This document shows positions 1-9,758 of a stretch of DNA of 32,000 nt, in pieces. The notes beneath the pieces were generated by a model. That model was not told where the DNA came from. It saw nothing but the letters and a program-made list of their open reading frames with translations, and did no database searches. Each line of letters opens with the position of its first letter. Positions within the stretch are counted from its first letter, which is position 1. Both the position numbers and the translations under genes were made by a program. Origin of the DNA: Pseudodesulfovibrio mercurii (lineage in GTDB: Bacteria; Desulfobacterota; Desulfovibrionia; Desulfovibrionales; Desulfovibrionaceae); assembly GCF_000189295.2 (NCBI RefSeq), contig NC_016803.1:2070001-2102000 (forward strand), read 5' to 3'.

Positions 1-758
1 GTGATGTCGCGGCGCATGGCCACCACGTGGTTGACCGACCCGTCCTCGTCGGCCACCGGGCTGGTGTAGACCCGGTAGTACTGGACCCGGCCGTCCGGGT
101 CCACTAGGCTGGTGGTGGCCTCGGCCGGGGCGTGGGTGCGCATGGTCGCCTCGAAGGGGTCCTCCCACTCCTCGCACTCGCCCTCGTTGGTCCGGGTGAA
201 AATCTCGCAGTAGTGCCTGCCGAGCAGGACCCGCTTGGGCAGGCCGGAGCGGTTCAGCACGGTCTGGTTCATGCCGATGACCATGCCGGTCCGGTCCAGG
301 AACAGGATCTCCTGGTCCATCTGGTCGATGATGGTCTTGAGCATGTTCTGGGTCTGCAGCAGGTCCACCTTGCAGGCCACCCACATCTGGTTGGAGGCCA
401 GCAGGTTGATGAAGAAATGGGCCGCGCCGCGCTCCACCAGGGTGATGGACGGCGGCAGGTACTTGCGCAGCTCGTAGACCAGCGCCGGACGGCCCGTGGC
501 CTCGATGACCATGTTGATCTCGGGGTGCTTCTCGAGCATGGCCTTGTAGCCCGCGTAGGTGGGGATGATCCGGCCCGCGTCGTGGGCCTCGGGCAGCACG
601 GCCTCGCCCGGCAGGGCCACGGCCACCACGCCGATCTCCTTGAGGGTCTCGTCGTTGCCCTGGTCCTTGAACATCTCCCAGAAGGCCAGGAGCGCGGGGA
701 TGTCTCCGATGACGCCGATGATGTATCGTTTGTCGTCCACGATGGAACCTTCGATCAT
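1..758 (-). CDS. PAS-domain signalling protein (probable sensor kinase), N-terminal part; 3' end lies beyond the window start
   Basis: Absent from the ORF track because it is open to the window edge. Reverse-strand ATG at 756-758 is preceded by GGAGGAGG (complement of 763-770, 4-nt spacer). Translation starts MIEGSIVDDKRYIIGVIGD. From about aa 135 there is a PAS-like segment (LKTIIDQMDQEILFLDRTGMVIGMNQTVL..GRHYCEIF..DGRVQYYRVYTSPVADEDGSVNHVVAMRRDIT). The + strand ORFs here (132-860, 235-477, 559-762) are Arg/Gly/His-rich antisense shadows. Confidence 0.65.
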   Translation of the reverse strand, partial: MIEGSIVDDKRYIIGVIGDIPALLAFWEMFKDQGNDETLKEIGVVAVALPGEAVLPEAHDAGRIIPTYAGYKAMLEKHPEINMVIEATGRPALVYELRKYLPPSITLVERGAAHFFINLLASNQMWVACKVDLLQTQNMLKTIIDQMDQEILFLDRTGMVIGMNQTVLNRSGLPKRVLLGRHYCEIFTRTNEGECEEWEDPFEATMRTHAPAEATTSLVDPDGRVQYYRVYTSPVADEDGSVNHVVAMRRDI

Positions 759-861
759 TTGACCTCCTCCCCGTCCTGTGCTCATCTGCGCGCGCGTCCG
801 GGCTGGACTTTGCACCGACTCAAGGCTACCCCATTCAGGAAACGTTATCAAAGGAAATGAC

Positions 862-2190
862 ATGCCGAAAACCCCCGCCACCGCCGTGCGAACATACACC
901 GTCAGCCTCGGCTGTCCCAAGAACCGCGTGGACACCGAACGGCTGCTCGGAGCCCTGGGTCCGCACATGGTTCCGGCGGACGACGCGGCCGGGGCCGACC
1001 TGGTCCTGATCAACACCTGCGGCTTCATCCAGCCCGCCGTGGAGGAGTCCGTGGCCACCATCCTGGACGTCATCGGCGAGGCCGCCGAGACCTTCGACAG
1101 GACCGGGCGCAGGCCGCTCATCTGCGTGGCCGGGTGCCTGGTCTCGCGCTACGGCGAGGACCTCCGGAGCGAGCTGCCCGAGGTGGACCTGTGGCTGAAC
1201 ACCGAGGAGATCGAGCAGTGGCCCGCCATGGCCGCGCGCGCCCTGGCCCTGCGCCTGACCGGCGACACCCCGCGCAGCCTGTCCACCGGCCCGTCCTACG
1301 CCTACCTCAAGGTCTCGGAGGGGTGCTCGCACAACTGCCGGTTCTGCACCATCCCGTCCATCCGGGGACCGCACCGGAGCTGGCCCGTGGACTTCCTGCT
1401 GAACGAGGCGCGGCTGCTGGCGGGCCAGGTGCCCGAGATCATCGTGGTCGGCCAGGACTCCACGGCCTACGGCTCGGACCTGGGGCCGGGCAACGACCTG
1501 CCGACCCTGCTCAGGGGGCTGGCCGCCATCCCGGACCTCCACTGGCTGCGCATCATGTACCTCTACCCCGCCGGGCTGACCGAGTCCCTGCTCGGCCTGC
1601 TGCGCGACACGGGCGCGCCGTTCCTGCCCTATTTCGACATCCCCCTGCAACACGCCCACCCGGACGTGCTCGCGTCCATGGGCCGCCCGTTCGCCCGCAA
1701 CCCGGAAAAGGTCGTGGAGCGGGTGCGCAGGTTCTTCCCGGAGGCGGCCCTGCGGACCACCTTCATCGTCGGCTATCCCGGCGAGACCGAGGCCCACTTC
1801 CGGACCCTCATGGACTTTGTGCGGGAAACCCGCTTCCACCACCTCGGCGTCTTCCCCTACTGGGCCGAGGAGGGCACCCCGGCGGCGGCCATGGACGGCC
1901 AGGTGCCGGACGAGGTCAAGCTGGACCGCCGCGACCGGCTCATGGCCCTCCAGGCCGAGATCAGCGCCGAGATTCTGGAAGGATACGTGGGCGCGACCCT
2001 GCCCGTGGTCATCGAACGGGAGTCGGACGAGTGGCCCGGCCTGTACGTGGGCCGCGCCTGGTTCCAGGCCCCGGAGGTGGACGGGGTGACCTATGTGGGC
2101 GCGCCACCCGAGACCGCGCTCAGGCCGGGGGACATCCTGGACGTGGAGATCGAGAAGGCCGACACCTACGACCTCTCGGGGCTGGTCTAG
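862..2190 (+). CDS. rimO: Ribosomal protein S12 methylthiotransferase RimO (radical SAM, MiaB/RimO family with C-terminal TRAM domain)
   Basis: The ATG at 862 is Met29 of ORF 778-2190. The N-terminus YTVSLGCPKNRVDTERLLG is typical of the UPF0004 domain. It has a radical-SAM CSHNCRFC motif and a TRAM-like C-terminus (GDILDVEIEKADTYDLSG). Length is about 442 aa. Confidence 0.9.
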   Translation: MPKTPATAVRTYTVSLGCPKNRVDTERLLGALGPHMVPADDAAGADLVLINTCGFIQPAVEESVATILDVIGEAAETFDRTGRRPLICVAGCLVSRYGEDLRSELPEVDLWLNTEEIEQWPAMAARALALRLTGDTPRSLSTGPSYAYLKVSEGCSHNCRFCTIPSIRGPHRSWPVDFLLNEARLLAGQVPEIIVVGQDSTAYGSDLGPGNDLPTLLRGLAAIPDLHWLRIMYLYPAGLTESLLGLLRDTGAPFLPYFDIPLQHAHPDVLASMGRPFARNPEKVVERVRRFFPEAALRTTFIVGYPGETEAHFRTLMDFVRETRFHHLGVFPYWAEEGTPAAAMDGQVPDEVKLDRRDRLMALQAEISAEILEGYVGATLPVVIERESDEWPGLYVGRAWFQAPEVDGVTYVGAPPETALRPGDILDVEIEKADTYDLSGLV

Positions 2191-2199
2191 GCCGCCCGC

Positions 2200-3219
2200 T
2201 CACGAGGTCAGGTCGGCCCGGGCCAGGACCTCGATCAGCCGCCGGAGCATGTCCATGTCAAAGGCGCTGCGCATGGCCTTGATCCGCGCCAGGGCCTCGA
2301 ACGGGGTCAGGCGGCGGCCGTTGCGGGGCCGCGTCAGATTGTCGTATTCATTGCACAAAATCAGCACCTTGACGTAGGACGGGAGCATCGGGCCCGTGGA
2401 CCCCGAGGGGTAGCCCAGGCCGTCCTCGCGCTCGTGGTGGAAGAGGATGCACTGCAGGGTCTCCTGGGGCAGGGGCAGGGCCGAGCACACGCCCACGCCC
2501 AGGGCCGGGTGGGACTTGACCAGGTCCTTGTCCGCGCGGCTCAGGGTGTCGAACTTCCGGGTGAAGAGGTCGGGCGGCAGCTCCAGCTTGCCGATGTCGT
2601 GGAGGATGGCCCCCATGCCCACGGCCACGAGCAGGTCCGAGTCCTCCTTCATGAACGAGCACAGGGTGGTCACGGTCAGGACCATGACCCCCACGCCGTG
2701 GTGGAAGGTCTCCTCGCCGTCGCGGATGAACCGGGCCAGCTCCTTGAGGGCGTCGTCGCGCGACAGGAACCTCAGCGAGTCGGCGATGAGCTTGCGGATG
2801 CGCTGGAAACGGCGCTTGTCCACGGGCGCGGGCAGGGAACGGTCAAAGGCCTCGCGGGCCAGGGACGTGGTCGCGTCGCTCCAGACCCTGGCGCGCTCGG
2901 TTACGGGAATGGCCTCGTCGTCCAGTATTTCCAGGATGTTGTCCTGCACGTAGCGGGTGAACTGGTCGTAGTCCGCAGCCCGCACGTAGAGGTGGTCCAC
3001 CCCGAGCAGGGTCAGCCGCTGCTTGTGCTCCTCGGTGAACAGTTCGCCCTTTTCCGCATACAGGACCAGCCGGTCCCCCTGCTTCAGGTACAGGGAAAAG
3101 CCGCCCACGCGGGAGGGGATGACCATGAAGGGCGAGACCTTGACCATGCCCCGGCCGTCGCCTTTTCCGTCGTGCTTGCCGTTATGTGCGCCGTTGCCGG
3201 CGGAAGGGATGTTGCCCAT
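2200..3219 (-). CDS. HD-GYP domain protein (putative c-di-GMP phosphodiesterase)
   Basis: Contains HDIGK and HHEREDGLGYP motifs. The ATG at 3217-3219 is preceded by AGGAGA (reverse strand reads AAGGAGAACGCATG). The N-terminal tail is Gly/His-rich. An alternative start is Met24 at 3150. Confidence 0.85.
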   Translation of the reverse strand: MGNIPSAGNGAHNGKHDGKGDGRGMVKVSPFMVIPSRVGGFSLYLKQGDRLVLYAEKGELFTEEHKQRLTLLGVDHLYVRAADYDQFTRYVQDNILEILDDEAIPVTERARVWSDATTSLAREAFDRSLPAPVDKRRFQRIRKLIADSLRFLSRDDALKELARFIRDGEETFHHGVGVMVLTVTTLCSFMKEDSDLLVAVGMGAILHDIGKLELPPDLFTRKFDTLSRADKDLVKSHPALGVGVCSALPLPQETLQCILFHHEREDGLGYPSGSTGPMLPSYVKVLILCNEYDNLTRPRNGRRLTPFEALARIKAMRSAFDMDMLRRLIEVLARADLTS

Positions 3220-3519
3220 GCGTTCTCCTTGCCGAAGGCCGGGGGTCTCGAACGGGGCGCGGGGTGTCTTCTCGGTGGGAGCGTAGGCAACCCGGCTGCC
3301 TGCGTGAGGCCCGTGGCTTTCCGTCCCCGCCTCGCGGCGGGTTTGGCAGTTTCTCTATTACCGCCTATACGCCCTGCGGGCGGAGCTGTAAAGGACCAGC
3401 CGGGAACACTTCGGCCCGTGACGGACTCTCCGGCGGGCCGCCCCGCCGGGGTGCGTCCCGACCCCGATTCGTCACCTCTCTCCGCTTGCCTTGCTCTCGG
3501 GAATGGTTACTCTCTGGCG

Positions 3520-6282
<2,763 letters not shown>

Positions 6283-6304
6283 TTGCTGAAGGCTCTTTTG
6301 AAGA

Positions 6305-6329
6305 GGGGGCGCTTTGCGCCCCTTTTTTT
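6305..6329 (+). terminator. Rho-independent terminator downstream of uvrA
   Basis: GGGGGCGC-TTT-GCGCCCC stem-loop followed by a T7 run, beginning 23 nt after the uvrA stop. Confidence 0.7.
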
Positions 6330-6443
6330 ATGACAGATCGCCCTGCGGCGGCCTGGGGAGCGAGTAGCTCCTTGGAGTGGGCCGCGCATCCGCGTCGGGG
6401 CTTTGGGTTGTCATCCCTACATTGTATTTCGCCTTTACGGCGA

Positions 6444-6475
6444 CTTCCTTTTTTGCTGGCGCAGAAAAAAGGAAG
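6444..6475. repeat. Perfect 11-bp inverted repeat built on a T-run/A-run (CTTCCTTTTTT-N10-AAAAAAGGAAG)
   Basis: Read directly: left arm 6444-6454, loop GCTGGCGCAG, right arm 6465-6475. The core resembles the reverse complement of the hairpin core at 7168-7197. Confidence 0.7.
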
Positions 6476-6850
6476 CAAAAACTGCGCTGCGGTGCTGCCG
6501 CGCGTCGACGGACCCAAGAGCCCGTAGGCGGCTTTCGCTGGTTGTGAGCGAATGTCTGCCGCGCAGACGCGCTCAAACCCGCGCTTTCGCCGCCGAACAC
6601 GGGCTCTAGGGTCCGTCGCCGATTACCGCTCTTCGGCTGCGAGGAGTGGGCCGGTGCGGATGGCCGGGTACGAAGAGGATGGAGGTCGAGAAGTTGTCCG
6701 CGCTTGCGCGGCGAGGGTGTTGTGGATCGACTGGCAGCGGCTCAAAAAAGACAAGATTTGAATTTTGGTGGATCGCGTCGTGGGAGGCCCAGAAAAGTTC
6801 CCCGTTCCCTTCCCTTTCACGGCTCTTCCGACGCAAATTTCCGCTCTCAA

Positions 6851-7296
6851 CCCCACCCCGCGCCTCCTGGAGCGACTCGGGTGCCCCCGGCACCCGACAG
6901 CGGCTCTCTGTTCCGCACTCCGGCACACCCCCCGCGGCCCGCCGCCCCTCTTCCCTGCGCCATCCGAGCCCTGGAGGGGGCGCGTAGAAGCCGACCGCGA
7001 AGGGGTGGCGGCTCCTGTTCCACCGAAGCGCGGTCTCTCCCAAAAGGGGCCATCCCGCACCGGGAATGGGTCTATACTTTTGATCAGATGGAGCCGCCCC
7101 GAGCGGATCGGATTCTTGCGACCCCTCCCTGGGCGGCCGTGCTACCCCCCCAAGGCCCTTTTTTTCGTCTATTTTTTTGGGCCAGCAAAAAAATGGACCC
7201 CGCCGGGAGGGCAGGGAAGCTGAGGCGGTGCAACCGCCTCACTGGCTCTCGGAGGGAGGAGCGCAGCTCCCCCCGGCTCTCCGCGCCGCAGGCGCG
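6851..7296. repeat. Copy A of a ~430-440 bp non-coding, hairpin-rich repeat (direct repeat of 22691-23130)
   Basis: By-eye alignment to copy B shows long exact blocks. Examples are agccctggagggggcgcgtagaagccgaccgcgaaggg, gatggagccgccccgagcggatcggattcttgcg, atttttttgggccagcaaaaaaatggaccccgccgggagggca, and the 52-nt gctgaggcggtgcaaccgcctcactggctctcggagggaggagcgcagctcc. Short indels shift the reading frame between copies, so it is not coding. Confidence 0.8.
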
Positions 7297-7403
7297 CTCT
7301 TCAACGCAGCGCCCCGGACGCGCTCTTCATCAAAAGCAAGGCACACAGGCGCGCCCCAAAAAACGAATTTGCCTTTTCATCTGGTGGAGGCTAGACAGCC
7401 TCC

Positions 7404-7688
7404 ATGGCATCCCCATCGCGTCGAAGACCCCGCAAAAGGGTCTGCCCCCCACCCCCGCAATGGTCCGCGCGGACCTACATCCGCATCGACCCGAGCGACA
7501 TCGGCCTCTTCCGCTTCCTCATGGAGGGTTACGACAACCTCGGCGTGTTCACCGTGGTCAACAAATTCAAGGGGATTCTCCTGCTCCGCTACAGCCCGCA
7601 CCTCAAACGCGAGATGCAGACCTTCCTCAAGGCCGCGTCCACCGAAATGAAGGTGGACATCCTGCCCGCCCCGCTCAAGGAATCCTGA
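7404..7688 (+). CDS. Small conserved protein, DUF4911-like
   Basis: The 94-aa core IRIDPSDIGLFRFLMEGYDNLGVFTVVNKFKGILLLRYSPHLKREMQTFL matches my recollection of the DUF4911 pattern. ATG 7404 is the only in-frame ATG/GTG/TTG upstream of that core. The family name is from memory, not from a search. Confidence 0.65.
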   Translation: MASPSRRRPRKRVCPPPPQWSARTYIRIDPSDIGLFRFLMEGYDNLGVFTVVNKFKGILLLRYSPHLKREMQTFLKAASTEMKVDILPAPLKES

Positions 7689-7754
7689 TTCCGAACGAAC
7701 GTCATTCCTTGCCTCCCCGGCCCGTAAAAGGATTGGGAGAGTGGGTCGGCCGCG

Positions 7755-8078
7755 CTACTTCAGCCCTATTATTCCGCGTTGACCTATTGTTTTGATGAAG
7801 GCGGTCACCGCCAGTTCCGCCTCGCGGGGCTGGACCTGGTAGGCCTCGGTGAAGGCGCGGGCGATGTCGCGCACGGAGCGCTCGCCGTCGATGTGACGCC
7901 AGACAAAGGCGCCCATCTCGTCCAGCTCCACGGTCTTGGTCATGGGCCTGCCGTCCCACAGACCGACCTTGTCGGCCAACCGGCCGAACCATGGCTTGAC
8001 CGCCAGGGGATAGGCCAGGCGGACCGGGCCGTCGGGCAGCTCAAGGACCTCCACGGCCTCGTTGCGCACCGGGACCAT
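7755..8078 (-). CDS. PqqD-family protein (RiPP-recognition-element-like peptide chaperone fold)
   Basis: VELDEMGAFVWRHIDGERSVRDIARAFTEAYQVQPREAELAVTAFIKTIGQRGIIGL is a typical PqqD/RRE pattern. ATG at 8076-8078 has GAGG 8 nt upstream. The track ORF extends to a TTG at 8132, which would overlap the upstream gene by 23 nt, so the start is uncertain. Confidence 0.7.
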   Translation of the reverse strand: MVPVRNEAVEVLELPDGPVRLAYPLAVKPWFGRLADKVGLWDGRPMTKTVELDEMGAFVWRHIDGERSVRDIARAFTEAYQVQPREAELAVTAFIKTIGQRGIIGLK

Positions 8079-8109
8079 GTTCAGGGCCTCGGCGCGGGAT
8101 ATGGCCGGT

Positions 8110-9039
8110 TCAGGCCGCTTCTTCCGGAACAAGAACGAAACTCCCGCAGATGTCGTTGAAGGCGGACGGGTCCATGGGCGCGGTGCCCGTGGCCGTGACC
8201 GCCAGGAGGGCGTTGCCCTGGTCCGTGGTCCAGGCCCGGCCGCAGGTGCGAACCACCCGGCGCAGGGCCCGGCGCAGCAGGGAGGTTTTGACCTCGCCGC
8301 GCCAGACCAGGGAGCCCGGCCCGTTGTCCACCGGGACCCGGGCGGGCGGCCCGTGGGCCAGCCGCTCGCGGCACCAGTCCTCCAGGGTCGCGCCCCTGAG
8401 CAGGGCCGAGGCCGGAGCGAAGCGCTCGAAATCCAGGTGCGTGCCCGGCCCCTTGCCCACGGGCGCGCGCTCGGGCCGTTTGCCCGAGGCGGGCCGCCAC
8501 CAGGCCACCCGGTAGTGGCCGGGCCGGAAGGAAAAGGTGTCCAGCAGGAAGTCGGCGGGCACGCGCCCGGCCAGGCCGAACAGGGCCCAGGGCACGGTCT
8601 TGCCCGCCGTGTGGTCGCGCAGGGTGGCCAGGACCCCGGCGGCGACGGGCTCGTCGGCCTGGCTGCGGATGAAGAACTGGACCAGACAGGCCAGCCCGGT
8701 GCCGGGATGGTGCAGGGCCGCGCCCAGCCCCCGGCGGTCGTCCGCCCGCCACAGGAAGCTGCGGGCGCGCAGGCCGGACTCGGCCAGCCGGGCCACGGCG
8801 TCGGCCCAGGCGGCCGGGGTCTCGGCGTCGTCCACGCTCCGGACCACGGCCCCCTTGTTGCCCTTGGTCAACCGCTTGATATGCTTGTCGAAAGAGAAGG
8901 CACCGCGCACGCGGTTCCACTTCAGTTCGCAGACCGGGCCGAGTGTGTCGGCCAGCAGGAGCCCGTCACGCTCGACGGCCGTGGGCTCCCAGCCGGGAGG
9001 CGCGGCCAGACCGATACCGTTCCAGGCGATGGCGGGCAT
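8110..9039 (-). CDS. Hypothetical protein (309 aa), no family recognised
   Basis: Met72 of ORF 8110-9252 (MPAIAWNGIGLAAPPGWEPTAVERDG...) begins 2 nt after the stop of the upstream gene (TAGCCATG), which suggests operon coupling. Composition is protein-like. The 71 codons further upstream overlap the 9042-9647 gene. Confidence 0.6.
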   Translation of the reverse strand: MPAIAWNGIGLAAPPGWEPTAVERDGLLLADTLGPVCELKWNRVRGAFSFDKHIKRLTKGNKGAVVRSVDDAETPAAWADAVARLAESGLRARSFLWRADDRRGLGAALHHPGTGLACLVQFFIRSQADEPVAAGVLATLRDHTAGKTVPWALFGLAGRVPADFLLDTFSFRPGHYRVAWWRPASGKRPERAPVGKGPGTHLDFERFAPASALLRGATLEDWCRERLAHGPPARVPVDNGPGSLVWRGEVKTSLLRRALRRVVRTCGRAWTTDQGNALLAVTATGTAPMDPSAFNDICGSFVLVPEEAA

Positions 9040-9041
9040 GG

Positions 9042-9647
9042 CTAGTGCGGCACGTAGGCGTCCAGGGAGCGGACCTTGCTCATGCCCATCTTTTCCATGG
9101 GCTCCTCGTGCTCCGTCTTGAAGCAGGCGTACTCCTCGTCCATGTCCGTCTCCTGGGTCATCTTGATGGACACGCCGGGCCGCATCTCCTTGTCGCGGCT
9201 CCACATGAGCACCAATGAAACGCGCTGGCCCTTGCCGTTGGTGAAGAGCCACTCCCAGGCGATGACGTTCTTGAAGGCGTCGCCCAGGTACTTGTCCGGC
9301 TTGCCGAAGACGGCCTCGTAGCGGTCGTTGAGCCGGCTGAAGAAGTCCTGGCCGCGCTCATAAAACTTGAGCTTGATGCGCACCAGCCGCCCTTCGCTCT
9401 TGCAGTTGCCGAAGGCCAGGCTGCCGCCGCGCACGCCGGGCAGGGCACCCGGCTTGAGCAGGACTTCGGACAGGAACGGCGCGTCGGACACGGGGATGGC
9501 CCGTTCCATATGACAGTAATCCTCGTAGCGCTCCACCGACTCGCCCAGGGTGAACCCGGCGAGGGTGGTGGGGAAGCCCTCGCCCGCCAGGGCGGGTGTC
9601 GCGCACAGGGCCGTCAGGGTCACGATCAGGAGCAGTATTCTTCGCAT
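9042..9647 (-). CDS. Secreted/periplasmic hypothetical protein (201 aa) with N-terminal signal peptide
   Basis: MRRILLLIVTLTALCATPALA|GEG is a Sec-type signal with an AxA cleavage site. Lipoprotein status is doubtful because the lipobox is poor. It is first in the minus-strand three-gene unit. Confidence 0.7.
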   Translation of the reverse strand: MRRILLLIVTLTALCATPALAGEGFPTTLAGFTLGESVERYEDYCHMERAIPVSDAPFLSEVLLKPGALPGVRGGSLAFGNCKSEGRLVRIKLKFYERGQDFFSRLNDRYEAVFGKPDKYLGDAFKNVIAWEWLFTNGKGQRVSLVLMWSRDKEMRPGVSIKMTQETDMDEEYACFKTEHEEPMEKMGMSKVRSLDAYVPH

Positions 9648-9758
9648 GGGTACTTCACTTTGCTTGCTTTAAGACTTGTCCGCACGGTGGACACCACCTA
9701 TGGTTAAACGACATCATGCCGCTTGGCAAAGGAATAGGCAACCACGAGGGAAGGATGG

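Noticed and set aside
2434-3519. N-terminal 362-codon extension of the uvrA ORF (track ORF 2434-6282, 1282 aa).
   Set aside because: The extension is antisense to the HD-GYP gene and crosses the divergent intergenic region. The UvrA homology begins exactly at Met 3520 ([19 protein letters not shown]).
3220-3519. LexA/SOS box in the uvrA promoter region.
   Set aside because: No palindrome resembling a known LexA motif is evident. The LexA motif for this lineage is not known to me, so no call can be supported.
6283-7403. Possible CRISPR array or mobile element (IS/MITE with transposase) in the repeat-containing tracts, including 22600-23384 and 30460-30924.
   Set aside because: There is no regularly spaced short direct repeat with unique spacers. 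No transposase, integrase or cas ORF lies in or next to the tracts. I could not define terminal inverted repeats for the 440-bp unit. A non-autonomous REP/MITE-like nature remains possible and is reported as a finding.
6330-7795. ORFs inside the non-coding tracts, such as 6704-7795(+) 363 aa, 6606-7043(-), 6765-7223(+), 22702-23271(+) and 22568-23047(-).
   Set aside because: They are Arg/Pro/Gly-rich and mutually overlapping in several frames. Indels between repeat copies A and B shift the frame, so nucleotide sequence rather than protein sequence is what is conserved.
9040-9252. First 71 codons of ORF 8110-9252(-), which overlap the 9042-9647 gene.
   Set aside because: That part has junk-like composition (HQRQGPARF..GDGHGRG). 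An internal ATG at 9039 sits 2 nt after the upstream gene's stop and begins protein-like sequence.
9724-9740. Sigma-54-like element TGGCAaaggaatagGCA upstream of the HAMP-PP2C gene. A similar GGG...TTTGCA lies at ~816-830 upstream of rimO.
   Set aside because: At 9724-9740 the GG-to-GC spacing is 13 rather than the canonical 12, and the -24 and -12 boxes are only partial matches. The rimO-proximal one has a poor -24 box. No enhancer-binding-protein gene is nearby.
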